A stretch of DNA of 20,103 nucleotides from Thermoproteota archaeon (GTDB lineage Archaea; Korarchaeota; JAOZGF01; JAOZFZ01): NCBI GenBank assembly GCA_027492035.1, contig JAOZFT010000024.1:1-20103 (forward strand). Reading direction: 5' to 3'. The translations under genes were made by a program, and so were the position numbers. Below the pieces are notes generated by a model. That model saw nothing but the letters and a program-made list of their open reading frames with translations, searched no databases and was not told where the DNA came from. Positions 16,215 to 20,103 of the stretch are shown in pieces. The stretch's first letter is position 1. Each line of letters starts with the position of its first letter.

Positions 16215-17996
16215 ATTGTTTAGGGAACTAAGCTTTAACGATTTCAATTTTTCAGTTGAGGGTTTACCAGTAATTCTGTCCCAATTCCTTATTTTGTAAT
16301 ACTTTCTAAGCATGAAATTAACATCCGGCACCTTATTCTTAGCTCCTCCTTCCCTTAAAGGTTTCAAAAAAATGGAGGGGAGATAATCATCCCTAGCATT
16401 AATTCCAAGTTTATTGTTTAATAACCTTTTCAAGTTAAATATCCTTTCCCCGATCAGAAGCAAGTCTTGAACAGTGATTCTCCATCCCATTAAACAATTA
16501 AGAGCTTCAGTTATTAATTTTGGTGATATTACACAGAATTGACATAGAATCAGGGAATTATAGATACTCATCCAATTCTGAGTTTTAACTGTAGTTTCTG
16601 CCTTGCCTTTTTCAGAGAATCTCTCCCCTGGATAGATTCCAATTTCAGGTATTTCTTTACCCATATCTACTTTATGCATATCACCTTGCAAATGACAAGC
16701 CCCTCTCGGTGAAGTCGCGTAACAGAGAGCCATTCCAAAAAAGGCGCGTGGATCATGAAAAGGCACTTCTAAGCCTTTAACCTCTGCTGCAAATTTTTGT
16801 AACCCATGTCTTAATTGAAGATTGGAAGTTCCTTCAGCTAAAGAATCACCGAAACCTTTACGGTAAGCTATCTGTGTTATAAGCGCTAAAACAGTGTCAA
16901 TATCGCCCCATTTCAATGTTACACCACCTGTTTCACTTTTACTGATTTTTCCAGTTTCAAAAAGGTAGGTGGCGAAAGCAATAACGGAACTACAGCTAAT
17001 GGTGTCTAAACCCATTTGATTGCATAAATAATTAGCATGAACAATTTTTTCAAGGTTCTGATTCAAAAAGAGCGAACCGAAACCACAAATTGTTTCATAC
17101 TCCGGAGCATCAATTAAAATAAATTTTCCGTTCTTTTTCAACTTAACAATTTTTCCGCAAGCAATTGGACAGTAAAAACATGCCTTGCTTCCCACAACTA
17201 GTTTCCTTAAAGCATCCTTACTTATCAATTCACTTTCAAATTTTCCTTGTAGGAAATATTTGTTAGGCATATCTCCAAGTTCTTGTGCAACTTCCACTAA
17301 CCAGCTTGTCCCATATTTACGCAAAATATCACTGGAGGGGTTATTTCGAATTTCCGTCACAAATTTTTTTATAATAGGTTTAATTTCTGGCTTAATGGGT
17401 TTCTTCTCAGGTTTAGGTATTATAATTGCCTTTAATTTTTTAGAACCCATCACCGCACCTAAACCTGTCCGGCCAGCAGCTCTACCGCCATCAACAATAA
17501 TTGAAGCGAATTTAACAAGGTTTTCACCTGCAGGTCCTATACTCGCAACACTAGCGTTTTTAAGGCTGAGGTCTCTCAATATTTCGTTTTGAACATCTAG
17601 AGCTCCAAGACCCCAGTATTCAGTTGCATCTAATATTTCACTTCCCTTTTCTGTAATTTTAAGCATTACTGCACTAGACGGCTTACCTGTAATAAAAATG
17701 CCGCTAAAACCTATAAATTTAAGATATGACGCAAATTTGCCACCTACACTGGATTCTGCCCAAATATGTGTAAGAGGAGACTTAGAAGTTACTGAGCATT
17801 TACCGGAGCAAGGAAGCCCTGTACCTGTAAATGGACCTGTTAAAAAAAGTAAGGGAGCCTCAGCATGGAAAGGAGAAAGTGAAGACTTAATTTTCCCGAA
17901 AAGAAGGCGAGCTGCTAAGCCGCTTCCACCCAAAAATTTTTTATAAAATTCACTATTAAGGTGAACTATTTTAGCTTGTTTATTCCCCAGATCCAC
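16203..17996 (-). CDS. aor: Aldehyde:ferredoxin oxidoreductase family (tungstopterin, 4Fe-4S)
   Basis: KSPLT, IGPAGEN, AAGRTGLGAVMGSKKLKAI, CFYCPIACG, EYET, GLDTIS, DPR, RGACH. The true start may lie upstream near 18032 (see findings). Confidence 0.93.
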   Translation of the reverse strand: MDLGNKQAKIVHLNSEFYKKFLGGSGLAARLLFGKIKSSLSPFHAEAPLLFLTGPFTGTGLPCSGKCSVTSKSPLTHIWAESSVGGKFASYLKFIGFSGIFITGKPSSAVMLKITEKGSEILDATEYWGLGALDVQNEILRDLSLKNASVASIGPAGENLVKFASIIVDGGRAAGRTGLGAVMGSKKLKAIIIPKPEKKPIKPEIKPIIKKFVTEIRNNPSSDILRKYGTSWLVEVAQELGDMPNKYFLQGKFESELISKDALRKLVVGSKACFYCPIACGKIVKLKKNGKFILIDAPEYETICGFGSLFLNQNLEKIVHANYLCNQMGLDTISCSSVIAFATYLFETGKISKSETGGVTLKWGDIDTVLALITQIAYRKGFGDSLAEGTSNLQLRHGLQKFAAEVKGLEVPFHDPRAFFGMALCYATSPRGACHLQGDMHKVDMGKEIPEIGIYPGERFSEKGKAETTVKTQNWMSIYNSLILCQFCVISPKLITEALNCLMGWRITVQDLLLIGERIFNLKRLLNNKLGINARDDYLPSIFLKPLREGGAKNKVPDVNFMLRKYYKIRNWDRITGKPSTEKLKSLKLSSLNNLLI

Positions 17997-18284
17997 CTTT
18001 AATAGAGGAGGATTTGACTCGTTAGTAACCGTTCCAGTTCACCTTAAACCTAAAATCCATCCATAAGAGACCATGAATAACTGAAAGAATCCGCTGAATT
18101 TTTCATTTGCTGAAGAAAAGAATTTATAAATTTAAAAACTGAAAAAACTTTCAAGAGGAAAAGTGGTTAAGTTGAATTTTAAAATTTATGCAGCAAAATC
18201 CCTGAACAATTTTCCTATACACAATAGAGGCTGCAAGACATTACTGTAAATTTTCTGTTTAATAGAGAGGAAGAGGGAAAAGCA

Positions 18285-19013
18285 GTGGGGATACTGTTAA
18301 GAATTGATGTGGACAACCCGTACGGCTACAGTGACCTGTTAAGGAAAACATTTAATTTCTTTGCATTAAACTATTTTTTCCCGCCTTTGCCTAAGTTACA
18401 CCTTTCTAATTTTAAAAAGCTTCTTGAAGATTTAGAAGATAGAGGGATCCCAGTTAATTTCTTCTTTAAACCTAAAACTTTACCTTCTAAAGAATTATCT
18501 GTGCAAATAATTAAAAGAAACGAAGTAGGCCTACATGCAGTTCAAGTGCACACTTTCGAAAAATTTGAGGAAGAACTAAAAAAGGTCAATGCCAGATTTG
18601 GAAATAAAGTAAGGGGGTTCAGTAAACACGGACACTGGAGAAATTGGGTGGGCGAAAGAGGCTCTGTACCAGGATATAACCCAAACAAACTTTTAAAATA
18701 CGCAAGGAAGGCGAAACTGAAATATTTTGCAGGGAATTATGAAAATCCAACATATAAACCTGAAATCGTGCAGGGAGTGCATTATTTCCCCTCTGCATTT
18801 TGGCTAAATGAAAGATTCAGAAACAAAAAATTCACGTTAAATTGGCTCTTCCAAAACAGTCAAGTAAGAGATATAGTGGTGCTTATGCATCCTTGGGAAT
18901 GGGTTACATTAAAACAGGTAAGGGAAGCATATGAAAAAATTTTAACAAAGACTGAAACTTTCAAAAAATTCAGCGAAGTAAGTGACAGCTTTAGAACTTC
19001 ACCGAAACTTTAA
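18285..19013 (+). CDS. Polysaccharide deacetylase (NodB/CE4-like) family protein
   Basis: LRIDVD, FFF, EVGLHA, SKHG, LMHP motifs; GTG start after GAGGG. Confidence 0.7.
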   Translation: MGILLRIDVDNPYGYSDLLRKTFNFFALNYFFPPLPKLHLSNFKKLLEDLEDRGIPVNFFFKPKTLPSKELSVQIIKRNEVGLHAVQVHTFEKFEEELKKVNARFGNKVRGFSKHGHWRNWVGERGSVPGYNPNKLLKYARKAKLKYFAGNYENPTYKPEIVQGVHYFPSAFWLNERFRNKKFTLNWLFQNSQVRDIVVLMHPWEWVTLKQVREAYEKILTKTETFKKFSEVSDSFRTSPKL

Positions 19014-19087
19014 GGAGTAAATAATTCTTAAATAGCGAGGTTCTAGTTCAAAAATTTTTAAAGGTTTAAGGTGGAGGGGAATTAAGT

Positions 19088-20103
19088 CTGGCCATTAATA
19101 TTTTAATAACTGAAGCTTCACAGAGGAACAGTTTAGCAATTGCTAGAACACTTGGCTCTAACGGATTCAACTGTATACTTGCAGATGAAAAAAAATTCGC
19201 TCCTTCATTTTATTCCAAATACTGCAAAGCCAGATATAGATACTTCCCTCCAACCACTAACCCTGAGAAATTTTTAAGTAGCATAATAAGGATAGTAAAG
19301 GAAAGTAAAGCCTCTCATATTCTTCCCGTAGGCGTAAACACAGTAGTTCCATTGTCTCTGTACCTTGACAAAGTTAGACAATACATCAACATTGCTTTAC
19401 CCCCCTACAAAACATTACTTAAGGCTCATAACAAAGCAGAAACGTTAAAAATAGCAAGAGAAGTGGGAGTACCTACACCTAAAACTTACACCCCAAAAAG
19501 TCGCTTAGAAGTTATAAATCTGTCCAGGAAAGTTCAATACCCCGTTATAATTAAAAGAAGAAAGGGGTCAGGGGTATATAAAGGGGTTCGAATAGCTAGA
19601 ACCCCTTCAGAACTAGTTAAGAAATATATGGAGATAGAAAATATGCAGGGGGACCACTTAATTGAAGAACAAAAGTTACCGTTGATCCAGGAATATGTAC
19701 CTGGAGAGATTAGAGATGTTTGCGTACTTTTTAATAGAGGTGAACCACGAGCCGCATTGGTTCAAAGAAGAATATGGACATGGCCACCTAAAGGAGGAGT
19801 TGGTATTCTTAATGAAACGGTGAAGGACGATAAAACGTTGAAACTTGCCTTGAAACTTTTAAAAAAAATGAAATGGCACGGTGTAGCACAGGTTGAGTTT
19901 AAAAAGGATGAACATGGAAATCCCCTCCTCATGGAGGTTAACCCTAAATTTTGGGGCACTTTAGAACTTTCAATAAAGGCAGGGATAAATTTTCCTTTGT
20001 TAATAATAGAAATGATGAAGAGGGGGGATATACCAGCAAAATTCAAATACAAGGTAGGCATTAGATTTTATTGGCCTCTACCTTACATAACAAAGTACCT
20101 CAT
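19088..20103 (+). CDS. ATP-grasp carboxylate-amine ligase (D-aspartate-ligase-like family), 3' truncated by the window edge
   Basis: Absent from the ORF track. Manual translation is open to the window end: INILITEASQRNSLAIARTLG..SKYC..NKAET..GVPTPKT..YPVIIK..GSG..QEYVPG..QVEFK..MEVNPKFWG. Probable CTG start. Confidence 0.9.
   Translation, partial: MAINILITEASQRNSLAIARTLGSNGFNCILADEKKFAPSFYSKYCKARYRYFPPTTNPEKFLSSIIRIVKESKASHILPVGVNTVVPLSLYLDKVRQYINIALPPYKTLLKAHNKAETLKIAREVGVPTPKTYTPKSRLEVINLSRKVQYPVIIKRRKGSGVYKGVRIARTPSELVKKYMEIENMQGDHLIEEQKLPLIQEYVPGEIRDVCVLFNRGEPRAALVQRRIWTWPPKGGVGILNETVKDDKTLKLALKLLKKMKWHGVAQVEFKKDEHGNPLLMEVNPKFWGTLELSIKAGINFPLLIIEMMKRGDIPAKFKYKVGIRFYWPLPYITKYL

Noticed and set aside
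1160-20061. Opposite-strand ORFs in the track (1160, 1864, 2432, 2663, 3532, 4604, 6612, 7707, 10364, 10829, 11495, 12245, 12827, 13724, 14111, 15438, 17185, 17698, 19762)
   Set aside because: Shadow ORFs antisense to well-supported genes, with S/F/L/I-rich composition and no motifs.

Overview
AT-rich archaeal genomic window (archaeal BRE/TATA-like promoters, GGAGG/GGTGA ribosome-binding sites, frequent TTG starts; the lineage cannot be fixed from sequence alone). It has three parts. (1) 1-4309: a CstA-associated locus with the 5' end of cstA, a membrane-anchored protein that aligns by eye with eukaryotic CCDC47 (PAT complex), a possible PsbP/Mog1-fold protein, two paralogous small hydrophobic proteins and two tandem ArsA/Get3-family ATPases, the second with a degenerate catalytic Asp. 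(2) 4674-12824: an archaeal coiled-coil/PD-(D/E)XK-like protein, an RHH regulator, ATP sulfurylase cysD plus frameshifted cysN, DUF2061, an alkaline-phosphatase-superfamily enzyme and two asnB-like amidotransferases (the second with two frameshifts). (3) 12964-20103: an HTH regulator, a comA-comB-comD-comE sulfonate/coenzyme M operon lacking comC, a convergent tungsten AOR, a polysaccharide-deacetylase-like gene and an ATP-grasp ligase that runs off the window. No rRNA, tRNA, CRISPR array or transposase was recognised.
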